From Methanobacteriota archaeon (GTDB taxonomy: Archaea > Thermoplasmatota > Thermoplasmata > SG8-5 > JAGLSY01), in contig JAEHCQ010000002.1 of assembly GCA_020696385.1 (NCBI GenBank), positions 224,001-288,000 of the forward strand: a DNA stretch of 64,000 nucleotides. The letters are read 5' to 3'. The notes beneath the pieces were generated by a model. That model saw nothing but the letters and a program-made list of their open reading frames with translations. It was not told the origin of the DNA and searched no databases. This document shows positions 9,771 to 19,055 of this stretch, piece after piece (positions within the stretch are counted from its first letter, which is position 1; each line of letters begins with the position of its first letter). The translations under genes and the position numbers were made by a program.

Positions 9771-10862
9771 TTACTGAACCATGTCCATGGTGGAGGCTGG
9801 ACGGCCTGTACCCTCTACAAGTGAAGGTGCGGAAACACCGGTTATTACCAGCAAGATCTGAACTTCCTTACTGATAGTTGGATCCACGGAGCAACCCCAG
9901 ATGATCCTGGCATTTGGACTGATCTTCTCACCGACAAGTTCGACCGCGCGCTCTGCCTCGGCCAATGTCATGTCATGGCCACCGACGACCCTGACCAACG
10001 CACCCTTGGCATTGGAGAGATCTACATCGCCCAGAAGTGGTGAAGTCAGTGCTTCATTCACAGCCATGTCCACACGCTCTCTGTCATCGTCAGATGAGCC
10101 TATGCCTATCATCGCGACACCACCATTTGTCATGACGGTCATAAGGTCGCTGAAGTCCAAGTTAACGAGACCTGGTTTGGTCACGGTCTCGGTTATTCCT
10201 TTAATGGAATTCATCAAAATCTCATCCGCAACCTTGAAGGCCGCGTCCAATGGTAATCTTGGCACCAATTCCAGAAGCTTGTTGTTCTGGATAACGATGG
10301 TCGTATCACAGTGCTGTCTCAGCTTGTTCAGGCCCTTGAGAGCATTGTCATATCTCATATGTCCCTCTGCCTTGAAAGGCATGGTGACTATACCCATGAC
10401 CATCGCATTGCTCTGCTCCTTGGCCATCTGAGCGACGACTGGTGCTGAACCTGTTCCTGTTCCACCACCCATTCCTGCTGTAACGAATACCACATGGGCA
10501 TCATCCAAGAATGCTTTGATATCCTCTTCATTCTCACGTGCCGCGGCCTCTCCGACCTCGGGCAATGCTCCAGCTCCCAGGCCTTTTGTGGCCCTTTTTC
10601 CAATAAGTATCTTCTTTGGAACATGCATGTGTAGAAGGTGTGTGGCATCGGTGTTTATGGCAGCCATCTCGGCTCCCGTCACACCTGTGTCAGTCAAACG
10701 GTTGACTGTATTACTTCCGCCTCCACCGCAACCCACGATCTTGACACTGATCTTCAATGTCTCAACAAGTGCGCGGAGCTCGGCGTCATCCGGTGAACCG
10801 AATTCAGGTTTTGCCTGTTCTGTCTCATGCCTGGCTAATGCTTCATCTATTATCGACTTCAT
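9771..10862 (-). CDS. ftsZ: Second FtsZ paralog
   Basis: [17 protein letters not shown] and [10 protein letters not shown]. Confidence 0.97.
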   Translation of the reverse strand: MKSIIDEALARHETEQAKPEFGSPDDAELRALVETLKISVKIVGCGGGGSNTVNRLTDTGVTGAEMAAINTDATHLLHMHVPKKILIGKRATKGLGAGALPEVGEAAARENEEDIKAFLDDAHVVFVTAGMGGGTGTGSAPVVAQMAKEQSNAMVMGIVTMPFKAEGHMRYDNALKGLNKLRQHCDTTIVIQNNKLLELVPRLPLDAAFKVADEILMNSIKGITETVTKPGLVNLDFSDLMTVMTNGGVAMIGIGSSDDDRERVDMAVNEALTSPLLGDVDLSNAKGALVRVVGGHDMTLAEAERAVELVGEKISPNARIIWGCSVDPTISKEVQILLVITGVSAPSLVEGTGRPASTMDMVQ

Positions 10863-10986
10863 TTTATTCCCATCCCTATGAAATTGAATTCAATCAGTAA
10901 TGGAATTTCGCGTATTTAAATATATGTCTATTATTATATTAAAGAACTTAGGGATAAATGGCGGAGATATTGTCGAGTGCTGAACA

Positions 10987-11982
10987 TCAAACGATCTCAT
11001 CAAAAACATAATCTTCCCATTCGCGTTTTCCCAGGATGATATCCAGTTCTGGCGGGGTTATTATCGGCCTATTGTACGCGAGATGGTCATCGATTGCCAG
11101 CCTGGGGCAAGCTGTGGACACCCAGGCTGTCGCACTGAATGAATCCAGTATTTGGGGAGATGTGTTCTCCATCTCCACAACAAATGCTTTCTTTCCTGCT
11201 TTTCTAAGATCCTTGACAATGTCCCTGGCCAAAATCTGACGCCTCTGGCCAGGTTTGGTCGATAATATCACGCCAAATATCTCCGCATCCTTTGCCTGGG
11301 ATATGACCGCGTGCCTTTGCCGTAGAACTCTGTCTTTCAGATCATTTATTCTGCGTATTTCAGCAATATCTGGATCGACAATGATGATGTCCTTGTCAGT
11401 TCCCAGAGCGAGTGCCAGTGGATGGAAATTACCAGCGCCTATGAAGAGGATCATGTCAATGTCTTTGGATATCGACCTGGCTGCCGAGATATTGCATCCA
11501 AGTACCTGACCTTTCTTGAATATACGATCATCGCCCTTACTGACGAAGGGTATGATGTTATTATTTGAAAGAAAATCCACGATCTCCGACACACGATGGA
11601 TATACTGGGGGGTGGACACCACTCCGACTGTTCCTTTCAGCTCGGGAAGCGCCTTCCTGACGATCGGGATGGGGTCTGTATTGGATCTGGCTGGAATGAA
11701 TATAACATCGCCCTCATGCGTCAAATTGGGAATGGGATAATGACCGAAATTGACGACCAGACCTTCCGGATGATGTGGAAGATCGCAGGCTCCGAAACAT
11801 GGCTCGCCGGATATCTGGACATCGACATCTTCCAGCTGTCCTTCTAGCTGGAAGGCGACATCTATGGCATTTCTTTTCAAGCCCTCTGGGAATTGCAAAA
11901 GTACAGAGGTGTGGCCGGCATTTTTAACAGCGGCCACTATTCGTGGTATTTCGAAATCAAATGGTGCTGTATCGGATGTCAA
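10987..11982 (-). CDS. dph2: Diphthamide biosynthesis enzyme Dph2
   Basis: LQFPEG, CFGACD, GQVLGC and TACPRLAIDD; TTG start overlaps the mfnA stop. Confidence 0.95.
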   Translation of the reverse strand: MTSDTAPFDFEIPRIVAAVKNAGHTSVLLQFPEGLKRNAIDVAFQLEGQLEDVDVQISGEPCFGACDLPHHPEGLVVNFGHYPIPNLTHEGDVIFIPARSNTDPIPIVRKALPELKGTVGVVSTPQYIHRVSEIVDFLSNNNIIPFVSKGDDRIFKKGQVLGCNISAARSISKDIDMILFIGAGNFHPLALALGTDKDIIIVDPDIAEIRRINDLKDRVLRQRHAVISQAKDAEIFGVILSTKPGQRRQILARDIVKDLRKAGKKAFVVEMENTSPQILDSFSATAWVSTACPRLAIDDHLAYNRPIITPPELDIILGKREWEDYVFDEIV

Positions 11983-13118
11983 ATCACGACCTCCAGCTCC
12001 TTGAATAATAGATCCACATGTCGTTTTTCGACATGTGGCATCACTACCAGTCGGATACATTTGGGATCCTCCACCCTGGAGACCATCCAGCCTCTTTGTT
12101 TCAGCAGGGCCTGTACTTGCTCCGGCTCCTTGCCTTCGGGTAGATGGATACCAAGAACATTCATGACTGGCTCCTTGACCAGTTCGAGGCCAAGCTCTCG
12201 GGCTCGAGTGGCCGCATGGTAAGTGGTATCCATGCAGTTCTTGACTATCTGGCGGTATCCGACGCGGCCAAGATTTCGCATGGCCGCGTACGTGGATGCG
12301 ACTGCCGCGCTACATCTGGTACCGGACAAAGTGGTCTGTTTCAGCAAAGTGAGATAAGGTGCCCTGGTCGCGATATTATCCGAAGCTCCTATCTTTCTTG
12401 TCAAGAAAGCCCCGGAAGGCATGGTGGACATCCCCATTTTATGCGGGTCGATGGTGATGGATGTTACTTCTGGAATTTTAAAATCAAAGTCCGGCATTTC
12501 ATGCCCCAAGTCCTTCAGAAAAGGTATGACGAAGCCTCCGAAGGCCGCGTCCACATGGAAGAATGTTCCTTCAGGGATCAGTTCTCCCAATTCCCTTAGA
12601 GGGTCGATAAGCCCAAGCTCCGTGGTCCCGGCCATCCCGATAACGATGGCCGTTCTATCATTTATTACTCGTCTGGCCTTGTCTATGTCGATGGTGAGAT
12701 CGTCGCTGAGTGGGACACTTACGGGCTTCATATCCAGCAGGTCGCAGGCCTTGGCGAAAGAGAAATGCGCGCTTTCTGGAAAAACAACTTCTTTTTTACC
12801 TGTTGTATTTCTGGCTATCCAGAGGGCCATGATATTTGATTCCGTACCTCCATTCACAATATGACCGGATATGCCCGTGCCATTCATCAACTGACCAAGC
12901 TGGTCGATCACCTGGGCTTCCAACTGGCTTGTGCCTGGGTACAAGCCAGAATTACCAAGATTACTTTCTATAAAATCCATATGAGCCTTCAATGATAATG
13001 GCGGAGGGGCGGTGCACATGGAACTAATTATCCGACCATCTGAAAAATGCATATCTTCGGCTCTGGCCTTATCCAATTCAGCCATGACCACTTCTTCAGA
13101 TAATCCAGTTTCCCACAA
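11979..13118 (-). CDS. mfnA: PLP-dependent L-tyrosine/L-aspartate decarboxylase MfnA
   Basis: SSMCT, GGTESN, HVDAAFGG and IDPHKMG. Confidence 0.92.
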   Translation of the reverse strand: MWETGLSEEVVMAELDKARAEDMHFSDGRIISSMCTAPPPLSLKAHMDFIESNLGNSGLYPGTSQLEAQVIDQLGQLMNGTGISGHIVNGGTESNIMALWIARNTTGKKEVVFPESAHFSFAKACDLLDMKPVSVPLSDDLTIDIDKARRVINDRTAIVIGMAGTTELGLIDPLRELGELIPEGTFFHVDAAFGGFVIPFLKDLGHEMPDFDFKIPEVTSITIDPHKMGMSTMPSGAFLTRKIGASDNIATRAPYLTLLKQTTLSGTRCSAAVASTYAAMRNLGRVGYRQIVKNCMDTTYHAATRARELGLELVKEPVMNVLGIHLPEGKEPEQVQALLKQRGWMVSRVEDPKCIRLVVMPHVEKRHVDLLFKELEVVI

Positions 13119-13121
13119 GGC

Positions 13122-14951
13122 TTACACCTGTCCTCTCTCTGCGATGACCTTCGCCTCCAGGGATCTGGCTATCTGGTTAACAAGCTCCAATTCATCCCTG
13201 GAGATGCACATGATGTCGATCTCCCGTCTGATGAGGGATTCAAGAAGCGCGGGGTTCCCAGCAAAGCCCGGGGTGTGGATGGCCAGTTTTTTATTACTGT
13301 TCCTGACATGATCTATGAAATGAGAGAGTGCTTCCTTCATCGCGTGATCGTCATATCTCTGCCCGAGACCATGTTCAGAACTCTGGCCAGCTGGTCCGGT
13401 GTACCGGCCTGCTGGTCCGGTGTACCGGCCTGTAAGATGCATGGCCAGGGATTCCAGGTCCGCCGATATGACATCGACATCTCTCGTCATCTCCCTTACG
13501 AAAAACAAATTGCTGGGGTATGCCAGGCTGGCCCAAACTAAAGGTCGGAAGGATGAAGCTGGCATGATGTTTTCCAGGAAACTTATGAGCCTGACATGGT
13601 CCTTCAATGTCCTGGTTGTTGGGAGCATGATGCTGAACCTAGAACCTCCAGAGCCACGCTTGATTATCGCCCTCAGGCATTCCCTGATCCAGGCCTCGTC
13701 ATCCTGTAACTGGACGACAATCTCCGTCGAGGGATATAATCGAACCATCTCTTCAATAGCGTGTTCGATACCTTCTGGCCCTGGCCAGTTACCAAGAAGC
13801 AGAATACCTTCAGCATTGGATACATCCAGGGTTTGTAGATTGGCAAGACTATTGGCCTTGACAAAAAGTCGAGTCCTTGGCTTTCTTGGCCGAGGTGCGT
13901 CGTCACTACCACGTACTTTTTCAATGGCCCTGTGCAATTGTAAGGGATCCACTTCATCCGGTATCTGGGAAGGGATAGCACCGAGCGGGGTCTGATCTCG
14001 CCCGCCACCGGATACAATGCCATTGGGAATATTATCCGGAATTATGATCTGGCTCTTCTCCCTGGGCCTGATCGTCAGTGGCTGTAAATTGTTGTTCTCC
14101 ACCTTGATGTCCATGATAAGCTGGGTGCCGTCGATAGTGACTAGGAGAACCTCGGAAATAGAGGTTCTTTCCAGCATGTAGCTCATTATGCTGATGAGGC
14201 TGTCCAGTTGTTCTGGAGAAGCCTTCGGTTCCCCTCTGAAATCTTCCTGAACATCCACACGTTGGATGCCACTGGCTCCCGAAATATGCTGAAACTTCTG
14301 TTTTTTCTCCTCCGAGCTTGTGAGTTCCAGGTTATTATTGAAATGATAATAATCGCTTGAAATAGCGGGGTCGAACAAACCCTCTGGCAGGCCGAATACC
14401 GCCCTGGCGACGAAGCCGCCATCCTTCTTTCTCTTGATCTCGATACTGGACTCGGCATCGACAACCTCTTGAATAACGAGGGCGGGCATCTCTTTCTCGA
14501 TATCATGCGGCGGGCAGGAAAAGAGCCATTTGTCGATCGAGCTGGCTATCCCGTTTATAAAACTGGATTCTGAATATGCGAATACAGGGGCCAGGCGTCT
14601 TCCGGATGGGGTGGATATCCTGATACTCACCAGGCCATCGAGGTCCCTGAACCTGGTAATGGCTTCCATCTCCGCTGACCAGTCCAGTCTGGATTCGAGG
14701 ATCATGGCGGATAGATGTTCCTTCGGGCCGGCATCGTCTTCGCCTGGATCATTACAGGCCCCGACATACTGGCTCAGGGCATTTCGTGTGTCATCGGATC
14801 GAAGAAAAAGGCCTATGGCATCCCGGGAGATCATGAACCCCCTGGCTACCCTGAAACCCTCGCCTGAAAAGGACGATATGGCGGCTCCACTGCACCCGGT
14901 CACGCTCTCCTGGGTGGACTCGATATCTGAGAATCCAAGTACTTTGCTCAT
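13122..14951 (-). CDS. Degenerate PEP synthase (PpsA)-like protein
   Basis: Eroded ATP-grasp motifs (GFRVARGF, VIQEVVDAESS, AVFGLPEGL) and PEP-utiliser C-domain remnants; no TSHAAI phospho-His motif. Confidence 0.65.
   Translation of the reverse strand: MSKVLGFSDIESTQESVTGCSGAAISSFSGEGFRVARGFMISRDAIGLFLRSDDTRNALSQYVGACNDPGEDDAGPKEHLSAMILESRLDWSAEMEAITRFRDLDGLVSIRISTPSGRRLAPVFAYSESSFINGIASSIDKWLFSCPPHDIEKEMPALVIQEVVDAESSIEIKRKKDGGFVARAVFGLPEGLFDPAISSDYYHFNNNLELTSSEEKKQKFQHISGASGIQRVDVQEDFRGEPKASPEQLDSLISIMSYMLERTSISEVLLVTIDGTQLIMDIKVENNNLQPLTIRPREKSQIIIPDNIPNGIVSGGGRDQTPLGAIPSQIPDEVDPLQLHRAIEKVRGSDDAPRPRKPRTRLFVKANSLANLQTLDVSNAEGILLLGNWPGPEGIEHAIEEMVRLYPSTEIVVQLQDDEAWIRECLRAIIKRGSGGSRFSIMLPTTRTLKDHVRLISFLENIMPASSFRPLVWASLAYPSNLFFVREMTRDVDVISADLESLAMHLTGRYTGPAGRYTGPAGQSSEHGLGQRYDDHAMKEALSHFIDHVRNSNKKLAIHTPGFAGNPALLESLIRREIDIMCISRDELELVNQIARSLEAKVIAERGQV
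13390..13431. repeat. Perfect 21-bp x2 in-frame palindromic duplication
   Basis: GCTGGTCCGGTGTACCGGCCT twice, encoding GRYTGPA twice. Confidence 0.95.
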
Positions 14952-15015
14952 ATGTCCGAGTGTAAGTGGTGAGGTTAGAAATATGTTTTGTTCGAGGAAT
15001 TAAGAAAATCACATA

Positions 15016-15080
15016 TCCACTCCGAGCAGGGGTTTAACGAAACCTCTATAAAGGCAGTGAGTGATTTAAGGACGAGTGGA
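15016..15080. repeat. CTCCGAGCAGG-headed palindromic element, copy 1
   Basis: Outer stem TCCACTC/GAGTGGA; 11-mer identical at 15020, 15687 and 49027. Confidence 0.6.
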
Positions 15081-15125
15081 AGAGTGCCCAAAAATTACCA
15101 ATTGGGCCCAAAAGAGGTGGAAGAA

Positions 15126-15671
15126 GTGGACATAGACAAATCAAAATTATATTTAAAAAAGAGTCTAATAGCGTTTTCCATCCTAATGATTATCGTTATT
15201 GTAATTATAGCTATATTGATATTAAGCTTCTGGGGATCAGGTACGTGGTATTATTATTCATCTGCTGGATACATCGAATTTGAGTCTGAAAATCTTACAA
15301 TTCAAAATTCAGATGAAAACTACAACTTATTGATTTCAGACATCGAAAATGAAGGATACGTTATCGATTGGAGTGAGTATAATATCACTGAGGCTTCCTT
15401 TTCATTTCATCTTAATAATCTCAACATTAAAGGTGATTATTTTATGTGTGGAATAGCCATTAATAATTCAACCATTAAAGTTCATTATTCTTATCATAGA
15501 GGCGATGGAGGATATAAAACAAATGAGTCATTTCAATCTTTTCTCGATATTGATACTCAGATGTTGAGTGTTTACACAGATTCAATAAAATATAATATTA
15601 TAAAAGTTTATGATGTTAAACTATTATTTGAGAATATAGAATTGCTTGAAGGTGCAATAGCTGTAGATTAA
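15126..15671 (+). CDS. AT-rich hypothetical protein with N-terminal TM anchor
   Basis: GAGGTG SD then GTG; one strongly hydrophobic helix; visibly more AT-rich than its neighbours. Confidence 0.65.
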   Translation: MDIDKSKLYLKKSLIAFSILMIIVIVIIAILILSFWGSGTWYYYSSAGYIEFESENLTIQNSDENYNLLISDIENEGYVIDWSEYNITEASFSFHLNNLNIKGDYFMCGIAINNSTIKVHYSYHRGDGGYKTNESFQSFLDIDTQMLSVYTDSIKYNIIKVYDVKLLFENIELLEGAIAVD

Positions 15672-15683
15672 TTAATAGCCAGT

Positions 15684-15761
15684 CCGCTCCGAGCAGGCCA
15701 ATGGGGGACGGGATTGGCCAGAGGAGGAGCGGGGTGGGGGGTTACAGATAGTTGGGGTGGG
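15684..15761. repeat. CTCCGAGCAGG-headed palindromic element, copy 2, with G-rich tail
   Basis: Outer stem CCGCTCC/GGAGCGG, inner stem GGCCAAT/ATTGGCC, then GGTGGGGGG-N11-TGGGGTGGG. Confidence 0.65.
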
Positions 15762-15787
15762 CGATTAAAACTAAACAAAATTAAAAC

Positions 15788-17479
15788 TCAAACACCCAGA
15801 CTTCCCAATACCTGGGCTATGATGCCCATCGCGGTCGAGGTCTCCAGCGCGATGTTCCGACCTGTCAATTCCATGTGATGGTCCACGCTGTCCAAAAGCG
15901 ATTGGGGCAGGCCTTTCTTGCCAAGTCCCATGATCATGCAAATGTGCTTTTTCGGATGGCTGGCTATCGCTTCCTCCAGGACTTTTTCAAGGCAAGTTTC
16001 CTTATTATTAGCAGGTTTGGAAGTGGTGGCGATTGGAAGGCCAATATCCTTCCAATTTTCTTTGGTTGGCGGTATCTGCTGGGAGCAGGATATCAGAGAA
16101 ATACGGCCTTGTTTCTGGAGGTCTTTGAGATACTTCCCCCCCTTGCCGATATTCGTGTCATTGAGAACTTTCTTGATCAGCCTGGGCAGGTCTTTTTCCG
16201 GGAATCCGAAAAGAGCCAGATCGAGATCGTAAGCCACACACAGGGGAGCGGCTCGAGCCACCATTCGGATATGCGCGGGCTTCAACCCGCCCTCGTAAGT
16301 ATCGTAGAGCCCGAGAACATGCCGATTGACATTCGAGCTGATTATTTCGAATGGCTGGCTTTCCTGATGAATCGTATCTTCTGAAGGTGTGCCAATGGCC
16401 TTCCGCACCTTGGCAATTATCTTCTCATCGCCCTCGGCATCCTCCAGGGCTTTCTCAAAGGTCTTGGTTGCCAGTTCCTGATTTCCAAGTCGCCTGATAC
16501 CGCTGGCTAGTTTGATCCTGGCCAGTGCGCGGGTTTTCTGGTCTTGGACATCTTCGAGAATGTCCAAACCAGTAGTGAACCAGTCCAGTGCCAGATCCTT
16601 GTGCCCGGCCTTGTCCGCATTCGCGGCCAGTGTGCTGAAAAGACTGGCCTCGTTTTCTGGCTCGCCGAGCTCGGTGATCACTGTCGCGATCAACTCCAGT
16701 TCGTCCAGATTGGATGACTGGTCTGCCAGGTATTTGATGCCCTGGATCCTATCATCCTCAAGTAATTTAAGAGCATGAGCCAGTGCGTTCTCCAGAACTA
16801 TCATATCTTCATTTCCAGACCTCGCGAGCTGGATGTGCAGGTAACCATGAAGCTTCACTTTCATCAGACTGGCTGGCATGGCCTCCAGTATCTTGACAAT
16901 GTCATCCAGAGAAGTGTTTGGGAAAGAAAGGCAATCCTTCGCCCATTGGCGAAGCAATGGCTTACAAGTCTCCATCTCGAAGCCAGAATTCTTGGCGGCC
17001 AGCTTGATAAGTCCGTGCATGTACGGGCAGCCGAGGAAACTGGCGCAGCCGATCACTGCGTCGGACTGGCCTTTGCCTTTTGGAAAATTCCAAATATTTT
17101 CCATGACTTCATTTCTGATAAGATCGTGCGTGCTGGGTGGACTATTTTTGGCTTTCTTGCACATCGTGGTGAGAAGTTCCGCCCTTCTCCACGATCTCGG
17201 CTCCTTGTTCGAGATCATGACACTGTCCTTTATCAGGGTCTTGGCCATGTCCTCAGATGCTCTTCTATCAGCCGATATTCCAAAGAGAGCCAGTGCTTGA
17301 TAATATGGATCAGGTATGGATCTCGCTTCCTCCACGAGTTTCGCAACTGGCTTACCCTTGCCAGACTTGGATTCCTGGATGATCGACCGATATTTGGACG
17401 GGGTGTGTTCTTTGCCACTCATTGGTCGATAATCAAGACTTGGTGGTATATAGGTTTCTATGTCCGGATGATCGAACAT
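15788..17479 (-). CDS. DUF531 (SPOUT-like) domain fused to an N-terminal alpha-helical repeat region
   Basis: C-terminal LGLYDTY..H.R..ARAAP...YDLDLALFGFP, GLGKKGLP and LETSTAMG motifs. Confidence 0.75.
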   Translation of the reverse strand: MFDHPDIETYIPPSLDYRPMSGKEHTPSKYRSIIQESKSGKGKPVAKLVEEARSIPDPYYQALALFGISADRRASEDMAKTLIKDSVMISNKEPRSWRRAELLTTMCKKAKNSPPSTHDLIRNEVMENIWNFPKGKGQSDAVIGCASFLGCPYMHGLIKLAAKNSGFEMETCKPLLRQWAKDCLSFPNTSLDDIVKILEAMPASLMKVKLHGYLHIQLARSGNEDMIVLENALAHALKLLEDDRIQGIKYLADQSSNLDELELIATVITELGEPENEASLFSTLAANADKAGHKDLALDWFTTGLDILEDVQDQKTRALARIKLASGIRRLGNQELATKTFEKALEDAEGDEKIIAKVRKAIGTPSEDTIHQESQPFEIISSNVNRHVLGLYDTYEGGLKPAHIRMVARAAPLCVAYDLDLALFGFPEKDLPRLIKKVLNDTNIGKGGKYLKDLQKQGRISLISCSQQIPPTKENWKDIGLPIATTSKPANNKETCLEKVLEEAIASHPKKHICMIMGLGKKGLPQSLLDSVDHHMELTGRNIALETSTAMGIIAQVLGSLGV

Positions 17480-17487
17480 TCTCCATA

Positions 17488-17940
17488 TTATCGGCCAGTC
17501 CAGGCAGGCCAGTATATATTTCTGCCTGGTATGGTTGGCTTGAACCAGCTTGGAACATCCATCGTTCTTGGCAAATGGTATATACCTCCATCCAGATGAT
17601 CGAGAGCCAGATGGGTCGTGTAGGCCAATATAATAGCCACGAACGTGGCATGGTCATAAGTCATACCCAGATATGTGTCCATAGATCTGAGGATCACATA
17701 TCCGACATATATCCAGATCATCGCGAATCCTATGGAATGCCCTATGGGGCTTCGTTTTTCCACATTATTGCTACCGTTTATCTTGAATGTGGACATGCCG
17801 CCGAACCTATCCAGATTTATCAGCATGGCTATTATGGCTGCCAGGAAGACATTGGCATCCAGCATTGGTCTTTCGAGTATCAGATTAAGGGCGCATTGGG
17901 CCGCACTGGCCGCCATTCCGTGTATGAGTTCATTCGACAT
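17488..17940 (-). CDS. Small membrane protein, possibly metal-dependent hydrolase (YdjM-like)
   Basis: H..D..(RSPIGHS)..THLALD pattern within TM helices. Confidence 0.55.
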   Translation of the reverse strand: MSNELIHGMAASAAQCALNLILERPMLDANVFLAAIIAMLINLDRFGGMSTFKINGSNNVEKRSPIGHSIGFAMIWIYVGYVILRSMDTYLGMTYDHATFVAIILAYTTHLALDHLDGGIYHLPRTMDVPSWFKPTIPGRNIYWPAWTGR

Positions 17941-18104
17941 ATTATCGGACTCCTGATTTTTGCTTCATGATATAAAGGAGCAGATGTGCATGTAATGTAA
18001 ATGTAGGGAAGATGAGAGAAAATAAGGAAGAGCGAACTTCAAAAGGAGGGGGAAATATCCTCATTAAGTTTTAATATCTAAATGAACTATTATGGGATGT
18101 GATA

Positions 18105-18211
18105 TTGAAAGCGAGAATGTAGTGATTGCTTTCAGAACTTCGATAAATTCGAAGTTTTGAATGCACGAATGAATTCGCGCATTCAAATTTCCGACTCGAA
18201 ATGGAGGAAAT
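18105..18211 (+). promoter_or_regulatory. Four-hairpin leader of NAC, homologous to the thermosome leader
   Basis: TTGAAAGC-N15-GCTTTCAG; AACTTCGA/TCGAAGTT; TTGAATGC/GCATTCAA; ATTTCC...GGAGGAAAT. Confidence 0.6.
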
Positions 18212-18214
18212 CAG

Positions 18215-18583
18215 ATGATGCCTGGAATGAGAGGGATGAACCCACGTCAGATGCAGCAAGCCATGAAGAAGATGGGCATAAAGACCGAAGAGATGAATGA
18301 TGTCGAGGAAGTTATAATCAAAATGCAGGATCGAAGCCTCGTTATCAAGAAGCCAGAGGTCACCCTGATGGAAGTTCAGGGGCAGAAGACCTTTCAGGTA
18401 GTTGGCGATCCCGAGATAGTTCATGGAGAGGTTTCCAGTGAGCCTGTCGGCCTGATAATTCCCGAAGAGGATATCGAGCTTGTAGCGGCTCAGGCCAATG
18501 TCTCATATGAAAAGGCAAAGCAAGCTCTGGAAGAGTGTGATGGAGAGCCTGCAGAAGCTATCATCATGCTGATGACTGGCTAG
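18215..18583 (+). CDS. nac: Nascent polypeptide-associated complex protein
   Basis: MNPRQMQQAMKKMGI and a C-terminal UBA-like EEDIELVA.QANVS...A..AL. Confidence 0.96.
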   Translation: MMPGMRGMNPRQMQQAMKKMGIKTEEMNDVEEVIIKMQDRSLVIKKPEVTLMEVQGQKTFQVVGDPEIVHGEVSSEPVGLIIPEEDIELVAAQANVSYEKAKQALEECDGEPAEAIIMLMTG

Positions 18584-18670
18584 ATATAGATAATATACAA
18601 TCGCCAGTCATACCGATGAGCAGCTAATATTCGATAATATACGATAGCTGGTCATACCGATGAGTGGCTG
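18572..18670. repeat. 44-bp-period hairpin repeat starting in the last codons of nac
   Basis: Unit starts at 18572, 18616 and 18660; shared GATAATATAC and GTCATACCGATGAG. Confidence 0.8.
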
Positions 18671-18801
18671 ATCACTAATCATATGATGACTGGACGAGAA
18701 ATATCGCCCATATAGCCATTTATCGATGATGAAAGTGTATGGACAAACTTTAAATCCATTGAAAGAATCAAGGTATTATTAAAATATAGATCTGGGGAGG
18801 A

Positions 18802-19023
18802 ATGCCCTTGGCTATGCCATTGCATGTACTTGAAAAATCCGTAATGAGAAAAGTAACCCTTTTACTAAAGGACGGCAGAATACTCGAAGGAAAGCTGACA
18901 GGCTATGACGAATATATGAACATGGTCCTAGAGGATACAGAAGAGACCCACAATGACAGTTTGAAAAGAATTGGCATGGTCATCCTCAGGGGCAATAACA
19001 TAGTCTCGATATCGCCAAAATAA
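18802..19023 (+). CDS. Sm-like (SmAP/LSm) RNA-binding protein
   Basis: LKDGR..EGKL.GYDEYMNMVL and LRGNNIVSISP. Confidence 0.95.
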   Translation: MPLAMPLHVLEKSVMRKVTLLLKDGRILEGKLTGYDEYMNMVLEDTEETHNDSLKRIGMVILRGNNIVSISPK

Positions 19024-19055
19024 TATCGAATACCCTGCAATTGAGTTGGTGAGCA

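Noticed and set aside
11983-12060. Longer Dph2 start at 12060
   Set aside because: It lies inside mfnA; the TTG overlapping the mfnA stop is more plausible.
11979-13118. mfnA as evidence of methanogenesis
   Set aside because: MfnA also supplies beta-alanine for CoA in non-methanogens, and no methanogenesis genes are in the window.
15016-15761. Canonical integron attC sites
   Set aside because: No RYYYAAC/GTTRRRY ends and no integrase; kept only as an analogy.
16775-17970. Long antisense ORFs (also 6525-7121, 23703-24641, 30590-31336, 55209-56009 and similar)
   Set aside because: They are shadows of well-supported genes on the opposite strand and have no recognisable motifs.
18572-18670. 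Mini-CRISPR array
   Set aside because: The whole 44-bp unit is homologous, including the would-be spacer, and it derives from the nac 3' end.
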